Position numbers and translations under genes: made by a program. The notes beneath the pieces are model-generated. The model did no database searches. It was not told the DNA's origin and saw nothing but the letters and a program-made list of their open reading frames with translations. A stretch of 64,000 bases of DNA from Promethearchaeota archaeon (GTDB lineage Archaea; Asgardarchaeota; Heimdallarchaeia; Hodarchaeales; Hodarchaeaceae), in assembly GCA_048938105.1 (NCBI GenBank), contig JBHLMN010000019.1, forward strand, positions 32,001 through 96,000, read 5' to 3'. Of the stretch, positions 40,331-50,300 are shown piece by piece (positions within the stretch are counted from its first letter, which is position 1; each line of letters begins with the position of its first letter).

Positions 40331-40978
40331 ATGAAACTCCAATGTGTCGTTTTTGATGTTGACGGAACTCTCGTTGACAACACAATCACCATTATCCGAT
40401 TATTTCAGAACATCGTTAAAAAATATCTTGGTAAAGAAATGTCAGATAATGAAGTCCTCTCACTTTGGGGTCCTCCGGGGGATGAAATTTTCAAAAGTGT
40501 CTTTCCTTCTGATGTGTTTAACCCTGCTTGGGAAGAATTCCTTCAAAGTTATCGTGATGCTCATTTAACTACAGGATTTTTTACTAAAGATCAATTATCA
40601 GATATGAAGAATAATATTCCTTATCTCACAATTTTTACAGGAAAAAGTAGAAATACGATGGCGATTACCTTAGAAAAACTTGGTATCATCGATATATTTG
40701 ATCTTATATTGACTGGAAATGATGTAACTCGTTCAAAACCATATCCGGATGCATTATATCAGATTATTAGCACTTTACAATTGAACAAAAATGAAACTCT
40801 TTTCATTGGAGACAGTCACCTTGATATTATTGCTGGGAAAGCTGCGGGGATAAAAACTGGTGCAGCTCTCTGGGGTGCTGTGGAAACTCAAAAATTATTA
40901 GAAAGCAGCCCAGATTATACTTTTAAAACTCCTCAAGAGTTTCTAGACTTCGTACTCTCACCAAAAAGGTCAGCTTAA
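40331..40978 (+). CDS. HAD-superfamily phosphatase (Gph/PpaX-like)
   Basis: FDVDGTL, TGK, KPYPD, IGDSHLDI.AGK.AG. Confidence 0.9.
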   Translation: MKLQCVVFDVDGTLVDNTITIIRLFQNIVKKYLGKEMSDNEVLSLWGPPGDEIFKSVFPSDVFNPAWEEFLQSYRDAHLTTGFFTKDQLSDMKNNIPYLTIFTGKSRNTMAITLEKLGIIDIFDLILTGNDVTRSKPYPDALYQIISTLQLNKNETLFIGDSHLDIIAGKAAGIKTGAALWGAVETQKLLESSPDYTFKTPQEFLDFVLSPKRSA

Positions 40979-43117
40979 ATGACTTCAAGATTAATTGAAG
41001 AAAGTTTCCCCATCCGTGAGATTAGTGAGCTTGCGATTCCAGAACGAAGTAGTTACAAACCAATCTACCAAATTTCAAAGTGGTTTGCCCGACGTGCTTC
41101 TTCCACATTTAGAGCGATATTATTGGGATCCATTCTTCCGTCATCAGCAGATCTTATGAGTAATTTTTATGTTGAACATAATTTCGGTGATTTTACAGTT
41201 ATCGATCCTTTTATGGGTGGAGGTACAACAATAATTGAAGGTTTACGGTTGGGAATTAATTGTGTGGGTGTTGATATTAACCCAATTGCTTGGTTCATAA
41301 CAAAAACAGAAGCTGAACTTGTTAATTTAAGGGAACTTGAAAAATGGATAATAGATTGTGAAGATAAAATTAAGGCTCAAATCAAAAGATGGTACCTGAC
41401 TGAATGTCCAGTATGTAATTCAGAAGCTGATATCATTTATGCACATTGGGTAAAATTAGTGCCCTGTGAGGTTTGTGAAAGCCAGATCTCTTTGTTTAGA
41501 AACTTTATAGTTACTATGAAAGGAGACGTAACCTCAATCTTATGCCCCTCATGTAATACTGTCTTTGAGAACTTAGGTTCTATTCCAACACTAATAAGTT
41601 GCCCACAATGTCAGTTTCAGTTTGGTCCCCTGAAAGGAAATCGGGTTGGACGTAATAGTTGTAGATGTTTCAACTGCGGTTCCATAACCAACATCCTTGA
41701 CACACTCAAAAAGAATCAACAAATTTTGAAATGTAAATTATACGCTATTGAAGGATTTTGTCCGAATTGCGCTAGCAACATTGATTTACATTCCCCTCTT
41801 AAGAATACTAGATTCAAATTTGTCAAGGGAGTTTCAAAAGAAGACATTGATCTTTTCAAAAAAGCAGAAGAGCAATGGGTGCGTTTTTCAATAAAAAATT
41901 TATGGCCAAAAGAACATATTCCTTCTGGAGTGGCAACTAAGACTTTACACAATCATAATTACACAAAATGGGTAGATTTGTTCAATAGTCGTCAGCTTTT
42001 AGCTCTCACCATGATTCTTGATTATATCCAGAAGATTCCAAATGTTGTTTTCCAAGAAATGTTTTTGGCTGCATTTATAAATCTTTTAAATCATAATAAT
42101 ATCTTCACAAGATATTCTCCTAAAGGTCAGAAAGTAGAAGGCATCTTCGCAAGGCATGATTTTCACCCACTCTCCACATTTGCTGAAAATAATGTTTGGG
42201 GGACAAGATATGGGAGGGGAACTTGGAAAAAATGCCTTAACCGCCTTCTAAAGGGAAAGGAGTATAACCATTCTCCTTTCAATTATACTCGAATAATTTC
42301 TCGTAATGGAAAACTTGGAAGGAAAAAAACCTTTTCTGGGAAAATTGAAGGAAAAACAACTACTGAGTCCGACATAACTTTTCCATCAGCAGAACATAAT
42401 TTACTTTTACTTTGCCAAGATTCAGAGGATCTTAAAGAACTCCCACTATCTGTTGATCTCATAATTTCAGATCCACCATATGCAGACAATGTGAACTATT
42501 CTGAATTATCAGACTTTTTTTACGTGTGGCTTCGTTTGTTACTTAAAAAGAGGTACAAGTGGTTTTTGGCACAAGAAACACCAAAGGATGCAGAAGCTAT
42601 TATAAGCCAAAATCGGGATTTAGATTATTATAATAAATTGATAGGAATATTTAAAGTAACAAAAGCTAAACTGAAGCCTGATGGGATGTTAATCTTTACT
42701 TTCCATCATTCAGATAAGGAAATATGGTTCAAACTATCTGAGGTTATAATTCGAACTGGATTCCAAGTTGTTAGGACTTATCCAATACCCAGTGAAGCTC
42801 GAAATGTGCTAAACATCCAGAAAAAGAAAGCTATTGCGTTCGATCTGATCATTGTTTGTCGTCCAAACGAACAGAGAAGTCAATCGAATATTACATTAGA
42901 AAAATTTGAAAAAAAAGTCAAAGTTCAATACAACAAAGAGTTAAAAAATTTCATGGAAGCAAATATTAAAGTTAAGGATTTCGATCACTTAGCAATCTAT
43001 TTTGGTATTCTTCTTGAGATGGGATCTCAATTCAATGTTGTAACTCATTCTGGGCGTAACCTAACTCAAAAAGAGATTTGGGATTCTTGTTATAAAATAA
43101 TAACTTCTTCAAGATAA
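40979..43117 (+). CDS. DUF1156-type adenine DNA methyltransferase with multi-zinc-ribbon insert
   Basis: KWFARR, DPFMGGGT, six CxxC pairs, DLFNSRQL, ISDPPYADNVNYSELSDFFYVWL, FTFHH. Confidence 0.88.
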   Translation: MTSRLIEESFPIREISELAIPERSSYKPIYQISKWFARRASSTFRAILLGSILPSSADLMSNFYVEHNFGDFTVIDPFMGGGTTIIEGLRLGINCVGVDINPIAWFITKTEAELVNLRELEKWIIDCEDKIKAQIKRWYLTECPVCNSEADIIYAHWVKLVPCEVCESQISLFRNFIVTMKGDVTSILCPSCNTVFENLGSIPTLISCPQCQFQFGPLKGNRVGRNSCRCFNCGSITNILDTLKKNQQILKCKLYAIEGFCPNCASNIDLHSPLKNTRFKFVKGVSKEDIDLFKKAEEQWVRFSIKNLWPKEHIPSGVATKTLHNHNYTKWVDLFNSRQLLALTMILDYIQKIPNVVFQEMFLAAFINLLNHNNIFTRYSPKGQKVEGIFARHDFHPLSTFAENNVWGTRYGRGTWKKCLNRLLKGKEYNHSPFNYTRIISRNGKLGRKKTFSGKIEGKTTTESDITFPSAEHNLLLLCQDSEDLKELPLSVDLIISDPPYADNVNYSELSDFFYVWLRLLLKKRYKWFLAQETPKDAEAIISQNRDLDYYNKLIGIFKVTKAKLKPDGMLIFTFHHSDKEIWFKLSEVIIRTGFQVVRTYPIPSEARNVLNIQKKKAIAFDLIIVCRPNEQRSQSNITLEKFEKKVKVQYNKELKNFMEANIKVKDFDHLAIYFGILLEMGSQFNVVTHSGRNLTQKEIWDSCYKIITSSR

Positions 43118-43136
43118 GAGACAATCTGGGTTTGAA

Positions 43137-43898
43137 ATGGTTAATGATTCAAAATATGAGCTCATAATTGGAAATGTTCTTGAATCATTACCATTAAAAG
43201 CTAAAGAAAGACCCTTTAATCTTATCATTGCTGATCCTCCATTTGGAATTTCTTTCAATAAATCTAGCCACGAATATGGATCGGAGGAATATGACCTTTA
43301 TGAGGATAATTTTACTCCTGAATCTTATTTTGAGTTTTCTAAAGATTGGATTCAAACCTGTTATGATGCTTTGGTAGAGAATGGGAGCCTATACATCATT
43401 TCAGGTTGGACCAACCTTCAATATATTCTGAATGCTATAAATCAATCTGAATTTCATATGTTAAATCATGCCATATGGCATTTTTCATGGGGGGTCTATA
43501 CTAAAAGACGATTTGTGACAAGTCATTATCACATTCTTCTACTGGTAAAAAACAAGAAAAATTATCAGTTTTACAAACAGAAACATTATGATGAAGACGT
43601 ATTCTTTTGGCCTGAATATAATCGGGGAAATGATCCCCATCGCATTAAAGGTCATCCATGTCAGTTACCTATTGTCCTGTTAGAGAAATTAATTCTCACC
43701 TCCAGTGCTCCTAGTGACCTTGTAGGGGATATTTTCTCGGGAAGTGGAGGTACAATCTTAGCAGCGCGGTTAACTGGTCGTGATGTGGTAGGATTTGAAA
43801 TTAGAGAAGAATATAAACATATTATTCAACAAAAAGCCCGATTTGGAGAACATGTGTCCCGCCCAGACAAGCAATCCACTCTGGAGAGGTTTTTGTAA
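43137..43898 (+). CDS. Beta-class DNA amino-methyltransferase with C-terminal PIP-box
   Basis: [22 protein letters not shown]; ends QSTLERFL. Confidence 0.9.
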   Translation: MVNDSKYELIIGNVLESLPLKAKERPFNLIIADPPFGISFNKSSHEYGSEEYDLYEDNFTPESYFEFSKDWIQTCYDALVENGSLYIISGWTNLQYILNAINQSEFHMLNHAIWHFSWGVYTKRRFVTSHYHILLLVKNKKNYQFYKQKHYDEDVFFWPEYNRGNDPHRIKGHPCQLPIVLLEKLILTSSAPSDLVGDIFSGSGGTILAARLTGRDVVGFEIREEYKHIIQQKARFGEHVSRPDKQSTLERFL

Positions 43899-44008
43899 GA
43901 ATAATTCGAATTAACTGCAAATTTATAAAGAGAATAGGAAGATTGAGAGCTAGATCTACAATTTTTTGTTTTCTATATGTTCTTATAGTGGAATTATTGA
44001 AAGGAATA

Positions 44009-44953
44009 ATGATAACAATGGATCAAGAAACAGATTTGGCGATCATTGGGGGAGGCCCAGCTGGGTTAACTGCGGCCATATACGCAGCTAGAATGGGTTT
44101 AAAGACTATTGTGTTTGAAGCTGAGGCTATAGGAGGTGTTGCGAGAACAACAGAGAAGATAGAAAACTATCCTGGCTTTATTTCAATCACTGGTCCAGAA
44201 TTAGTAGATAAAATGAAGGTTCAAGCAGAATATTGTGGAGCAAACATTGTTTTCGATACAGTAGCATCAATTGACCGTTCTGAAATGATTGTCAACACTT
44301 CGAAAGACCAATGGAAAACAAAGGCTGTAATTATTGCGACGGGATCCAAGCGTCGTAAACTTGGGCTATCTAATGAAAGAGAATTAGAAGGAGCTGGATT
44401 ATCATACTGTGCTGTCTGTGATGGGACATTACACAAAGGAAAAAAAGTTGCTTTAGTAGGGGGTGGAGCTACTGCAGCTCATGATGCCATTTATTTAGCT
44501 GGTGTTGCAAGAAAAGTTTTTTTGATTTACGAGGAAGAAAGACTTGATGTTGATGAAGATCTCGCAAATCAAGTGTTATCATATAAAGAAATTGAACCAA
44601 TGTTCAATTGCACAATTGAAGAAGCTATTGCTAAACACGAGAGTCTTAGAAAAATTGTAATTAAGAATCATAAAACAGGTGAAATTTCAGAAATCCGAGT
44701 TAAAGCTCTTTTCGTTGCTATCGGAGAAGATCCTTTTAAATTAGCGACACTCACAGGTATTGATACGGATGCCTCTGGGAGTATTAAAGTAAATGATGAG
44801 CAAGCAACGAATGTTGAAGGCATTTATGCAGCGGGTGACGTTACAGGAGGGATTAAACAAATTGGCACTGCAGTTGGTGAGGGGGTTGTTGCAGCAATGA
44901 AGGCTGGCTTTTTTGTTAAGAGAAAAATAAGGATGGAGAAAAAAGTAGGGTAA
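44009..44953 (+). CDS. trxB: Thioredoxin reductase-like flavoprotein (ORF track start 43943)
   Basis: [39 protein letters not shown]. Confidence 0.88.
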   Translation: MITMDQETDLAIIGGGPAGLTAAIYAARMGLKTIVFEAEAIGGVARTTEKIENYPGFISITGPELVDKMKVQAEYCGANIVFDTVASIDRSEMIVNTSKDQWKTKAVIIATGSKRRKLGLSNERELEGAGLSYCAVCDGTLHKGKKVALVGGGATAAHDAIYLAGVARKVFLIYEEERLDVDEDLANQVLSYKEIEPMFNCTIEEAIAKHESLRKIVIKNHKTGEISEIRVKALFVAIGEDPFKLATLTGIDTDASGSIKVNDEQATNVEGIYAAGDVTGGIKQIGTAVGEGVVAAMKAGFFVKRKIRMEKKVG

Positions 44954-45160
44954 AAGAATACAAATTATTAACACTTAGAAGGTTGAAAGATTAGCAGAAT
45001 TCTTAACGAAGATTATTTACAATACCCTGCCTAAAACAAAATGGTTATAAACTTTTGAAATTTAATTATCGTAAGTTAAAAGTGAGGAATCACAGAGTCA
45101 AAACTTTAGAATATCGAAAAGATGAGACTATACCATTAGATAATTATAAATGAGTTATAG

Positions 45161-45511
45161 ATGAGATCAATGTTGAGAAATACGTTTCCTGATATAATTA
45201 CTTCGCTTCCAAAAGCAGATATTGCTATGGAAGGTGTTAAGGGGTGGATTGCGCAAGGAAAAGACTTTCAGATTGTGTTCTTTGAAATAGAACCAACAGG
45301 AATTCTTCCACCTCATAGTCATTCGGCTCAATGGGGAATAGTAATAGAAGGAGAAATGTCGTTAACAATCGCAGGAGAAACCAAAAAATATACTAAAGGA
45401 GACAACTATTATATTCCTGAGGGGGCCGTTCATCAAGCGGAATTCCATACCCATTTTCGTGCTTTGGATTTTTTTGCAGAACCAGAGAGATACAAATCAA
45501 AAAATGAATAA
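45161..45511 (+). CDS. Cupin domain protein
   Basis: PPHSH.AQWG.VIEGE, GD.YYIP.G..H. Confidence 0.88.
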   Translation: MRSMLRNTFPDIITSLPKADIAMEGVKGWIAQGKDFQIVFFEIEPTGILPPHSHSAQWGIVIEGEMSLTIAGETKKYTKGDNYYIPEGAVHQAEFHTHFRALDFFAEPERYKSKNE

Positions 45512-45532
45512 AATATCTAAGGATGGAATCTT

Positions 45533-47269
45533 TTAAACACTAGGTAAGGGGAGGAATTCGCAGTTATAATATCGAAGTAGTAGTTTATTTAAATTTTGAA
45601 TGGAGTCTTTCTCTTTTGCTTTGTCATCTGTAATCTTCTTTGTTAATTTAACAATTTGACAAAATAAAGGGTCGTTGAAATCCGGTTTTTTAAGGGGGAG
45701 GCGTCGAAGATTGCGGATTGAGATTGCGTTGGTGTATTTGGAGCCTAGATTGAATTGACTTTGATAATACCAATGGTATAGAGAAGAATTGAGAACAGAA
45801 AGAATGTAATATAATAAATCAGGATCATTACTGTATTCTGGGACTAATCTCAGGTTATAGACGTTTTGTGTTGTCCAGTAATTATCTGAATCATAGGCAG
45901 CGCAAAGATAAGGTTTGATTTTTTGGACTACAATCTTGGGTGAAAGATAGATGGATGGATCTTTTTTGGAACGAAACTTAATCGTGGGATCGATAAAATG
46001 TGTTGTTTTGATCAAATAAGCCTCAAAATCATCCCCAGTCAAGATGGGTTGAGTATGACGCATAGTAGAGTCCTTCTGAATCAAGAAGTTGGTATTTAAA
46101 TCTCTCTCTGATAAAGGTTGGTGACATTGTGCACAAATGATTTGAGATTTTCTACTCGATAAAGGCACCCATTCTGAGCACTTTGAGCAGAACATTATTC
46201 CACCACGTTTAGAAAGTTCCTCTCCTCTACGAACTGTAATAAACTGAGACAATGGTCTAGAATTTTCATGAATGAGTTGGATTAGTTGCTGAGACTTCAA
46301 GTTAAACTTTCTCGTGAAGATACAATCAATATTTGTCATATATGAGGTTTGAGGAATGTGATTCTTATCATCAACAAGAATATGATGATCTGAAGGAATT
46401 TCATCTTTAAATAATCCAATTAAAGAAATAAATTCTTGTGTGACATCTTTGAACAATCCATGAAAATTAATTGAAAGAATCTGAAAATTAGCAACGAGAA
46501 ATTTCCGAAGATAGATATATTGATTGGATCGTGCAACATTTTTCGGAAGAAGAAAAGCTAACAAGCCTTTGTCTGGAATTAACAGATTAGCAGACTGATA
46601 AACAAATAGGGAAAAAGTATTGAGGTTCCTCTTTGGACTTTTTGGTTTAAACTTATTATAATAATATTCTCTTTGAAATTTATCTAATTTTCCGCCCCAC
46701 GGGGGATTACCAATAATGATATTAAATCCTTCTGCGCTAGGAGGAAGATTAGTCCAATCTGATAGTGTACTCTCTAAAAAATCATCAATTATTATATTTT
46801 TAGCTAAAATCTTATAACCACTACTGTGCATTGGTTCTGGAATAACAGTGATAAGGTTCTTGCGACAGCTTGCCGCTATTTCAAAATCAATTTCCATTCC
46901 AAACAAATTAGATTTTAAAATCTCAAGAATTGCTTCATTTGGCTTTTTTTTTTTTACACCTAATCTTTGGTCAATTTTCTCTTTAATTGAGTTAATAGTT
47001 ACTAAACATGCTTGTAGGAATTTTCCGTCCCCTGCTGCACCATCAAGAATTCGAACTTCTTTTAAAATGTCTTTCAAAGATTGAAAAATAGATAAATCAG
47101 TTGCATGCCATATCTCTTCAAGAGATGAAAACTTAAAAGATGTACGAGAATTTAACTGTCGAATCAGATAATAACTGATGGCCATTTCAGTCATTGATTT
47201 CGCGAGGGATGATGGAGTATAGAAAGCTCCCAATTCCTTTTTGTGACGGATATTTGAAGCTTTTTCGAT
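45533..47269 (-). CDS. Gamma-class N6-adenine DNA methyltransferase (TaqI_C-like TRD with zinc-ribbon insert); start extended from 47233 to ATC 47269
   Basis: HKKELGAFYTP, ILDGAAGDGKFL, GMEID, IIGNPPW, CSKC...CAQC, KIVVQKI, VLNS. Confidence 0.88.
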   Translation of the reverse strand: MEKASNIRHKKELGAFYTPSSLAKSMTEMAISYYLIRQLNSRTSFKFSSLEEIWHATDLSIFQSLKDILKEVRILDGAAGDGKFLQACLVTINSIKEKIDQRLGVKKKKPNEAILEILKSNLFGMEIDFEIAASCRKNLITVIPEPMHSSGYKILAKNIIIDDFLESTLSDWTNLPPSAEGFNIIIGNPPWGGKLDKFQREYYYNKFKPKSPKRNLNTFSLFVYQSANLLIPDKGLLAFLLPKNVARSNQYIYLRKFLVANFQILSINFHGLFKDVTQEFISLIGLFKDEIPSDHHILVDDKNHIPQTSYMTNIDCIFTRKFNLKSQQLIQLIHENSRPLSQFITVRRGEELSKRGGIMFCSKCSEWVPLSSRKSQIICAQCHQPLSERDLNTNFLIQKDSTMRHTQPILTGDDFEAYLIKTTHFIDPTIKFRSKKDPSIYLSPKIVVQKIKPYLCAAYDSDNYWTTQNVYNLRLVPEYSNDPDLLYYILSVLNSSLYHWYYQSQFNLGSKYTNAISIRNLRRLPLKKPDFNDPLFCQIVKLTKKITDDKAKEKDSIQNLNKLLLRYYNCEFLPLPSV

Positions 47270-47369
47270 AGTTTTCGCCTTCTATGTTTTTTATCAAAGG
47301 ATAAAAATTAATAACGCCTGTATCAAAGAAATGGGAGAGGAAGGACTGTGAAGTGAACCAAGCAGAATA

Positions 47370-50300
47370 TCATTCCTCAACCTCAAAATCGAAGAGGTCA
47401 TCAATTCGGGTTTTTACTTCCTCAGTCTTAGCTTCTTGAGCTTTCTCTAGCTGTTTTTGAATGAGAGGCTTGATGTACCTTGGCCCAAAATAGATCCCAG
47501 CCCCAGCAAGTGCCCCAAGTATCCCAATTATAATTGCAGCTCCAATTAATGGCCCTAACACATCAGGAGGAGTTTCCTCAACAACGTAGCTTTCTTCATC
47601 AGACTCGGTAACCCGTTCTTGGAGATCTGTAACAGTGATATAGTAGAGTATTTCTTCTCCTTGAGCTTGGGGGGGAATAACTGCTTCAAATTCCCATTCA
47701 GTATCACTGGATGTTACTAAAGTCATGGTAATATTATGCCATTCATCTTCTGAATCGAGTTTCCAATAGAGGATAACAGATGATTCATCAATTCCTACTG
47801 CATCATAAATGGTAACTGAGACTGTCACATTATCAGTATGAGTGGGAGTTGATGGATCGTGTTCAAAAGATCTAATGTTTGCTTTGTCATTATCGATAGC
47901 AACATCGAAATCTTTTAATGTATGATGACCAACCTCATCAATGACATTTACTCTTAATGTATAATGATCATCGTCTATATCCGTAGTGTCAATTGAGAAT
48001 TCAGCGTGAGTTCCATCCCAGGAGTCTGGATAGAATGTTTCACCATTAATTGATATAGAGATATTTGTTTGGGTTAAATCATCAACATTACAGGAAATTG
48101 ATATTTGCCCTACTAGAAAGTCGTTATCAGATACTCCAGAGACTCGAACCACAGGAGGAGTAAAGTCTACATAATAATTAGCAGTTACAGAAACATTTAA
48201 CCCCGCATTATTAAACACATTGATTCTAATGACATAATATCCCTCGTTAAAATCTGTGAAAGTAATGGATGTCCCTGAACCATATAGTGTGTGATAAAGA
48301 GTTCCATTTACATAAATTTCTGTTTGATTTAATCCAGACTGGAGATCAAAAGCATCCCAGAAATAGTTGTATGTACTACTGTTGGTAACAATACGATATG
48401 CGTTTATTACTGGGAAAGTGGTGTCAACATACACCCAGAATGTTGTACTATTCTCATTTTGCGCCTGATCTCTCGCCACAATCCTAATTGTATGATTACC
48501 TTCAGAAAGTGTAACATCGGAAGGACTGATAGTTAAAATTGATTGGTTACCATCAATGTAGAGGTACACGGTAATAGATCCTACAGCATCACTAGCAGCC
48601 CATAAGATAGATAATGTAGTATCACTAGTAAAGTAGTTCTTAACTGAAGGGGATACTGAAAGATCTGGGGGCTGCGTGTCGATCCAGAACGAGTGGAATG
48701 TCGTTGATGACCATCCCATATAATCAAATGCTATAATGGTAGTGTTATGGAGGCCATCAAGAAAATCGTGTTGATGAGAGGTATTTGTTGCTTTGAAGGT
48801 GTCAATGAAGGAAGCATCTACATAAACTTCATAATGGTGGATTCCAGTCTGATAATCTAAGCCTATCCATTGGATCAGCAGAGACGACGTGTTTTGATAA
48901 GTGTTATTCGATGGATGAGTAATACTAATAGAGGGCTGCGTTGTATCACGGGTTAGCGTAATAATTGCAGTATTGTTATTCCCTGCTTTATCCCATGCTA
49001 TTAAATAGAGATCATATCGTCCTTCAACTAGTGATAATTCATATTGAATGGTTGAAGGATCAAAGGAGAGGAAAATAGCATCATAGGAAAGAGTGAAATT
49101 AGTTAATCCTGTATAATCATCAGAAGCTGTCCAATTTACTAGTACAGTCGATTCAGTGGTGTTAAACATCGGAACTGGATCAAGAATTGTCAGAGAAGGT
49201 GGAGTCAAATCAATGGTGACATTGATCATTGAAGAAAGATTATTGCCAAATTGATCAAACGCAATTAAAGAGATATTATACATACCTTGGTTGAGAGTAA
49301 GACTGGTCTGATCAACAATGTCACCCGTGATGGAAAGAGTATGATCCCAGATTCCATCTACCCAGACCTCAAAATAAGATAGTGTGGTAAGCGGTTCATT
49401 ACCATTCCACGTTAGTTGAAAAGGTCTCTGATTAATAGCCGAATGATTGATGGGATAGATGATACTAGGAATATAAATAACAAAGCTACCATTAGTATTG
49501 CTAAGTGTATAATAATCACTAATGTAAGCAGCCATACGGATTAGTTCATTATCAATTACAGAATCAGGTAACGATGAGAAATCTGCAAGATAGTAAGTGT
49601 AATCACCATTTATAGTATCAAGAGTGATTGAAACATTTAGAACTGTTTCATCCTCAGTTATTGCAAGGACATACCCAATGTGAGTCGTATTGTCTGGATC
49701 GTAAACCTCAACCAGTACTGTAAAGGGATAAGAACCAAGAGACTCATCCACAACATCATTATTATCATCAATGATCTTCACCAAGGTGATATTTGGAGGG
49801 ATAGATCCATAGACAAACCAATCCTGATAATATGAAGTTGCCCCATCAGTGTCAGTCACATTAATGTAAATGAATACCTGGCCATATGGACCGTCTGTGA
49901 TGAAAGTATATGAGCTATTGAATAGATCCGTTGAAGGATAGTAGGTAAAAACAATGATTTCCTGAACTCCAGAAGGCAAAATAAGATGAGCAGAGATGAT
50001 AAGATTGGTTTTAACGAGGTCCTCCGCGTCAGAAGTATTAAGTGTAAATGTTTGGCTTTCATAGGTATCAATATAGAAGGAGGAATATAACAGTTCATGA
50101 ATAAATGGCGCTGCATTGATCATTTCAAATGTTCCGACCTTAAAATAGGTCGTTATTTGACCATCAGTGGAAGTCACATTAACATAAACATCGTAGAACC
50201 CCATTGGATCTTGAAGAACCTCAAAAAGATATGTTGCTACGAATAGATCTGTACCAGGAACAACCTCAGCCAATTGATAATTCCAAGAACCATTAGGGCG

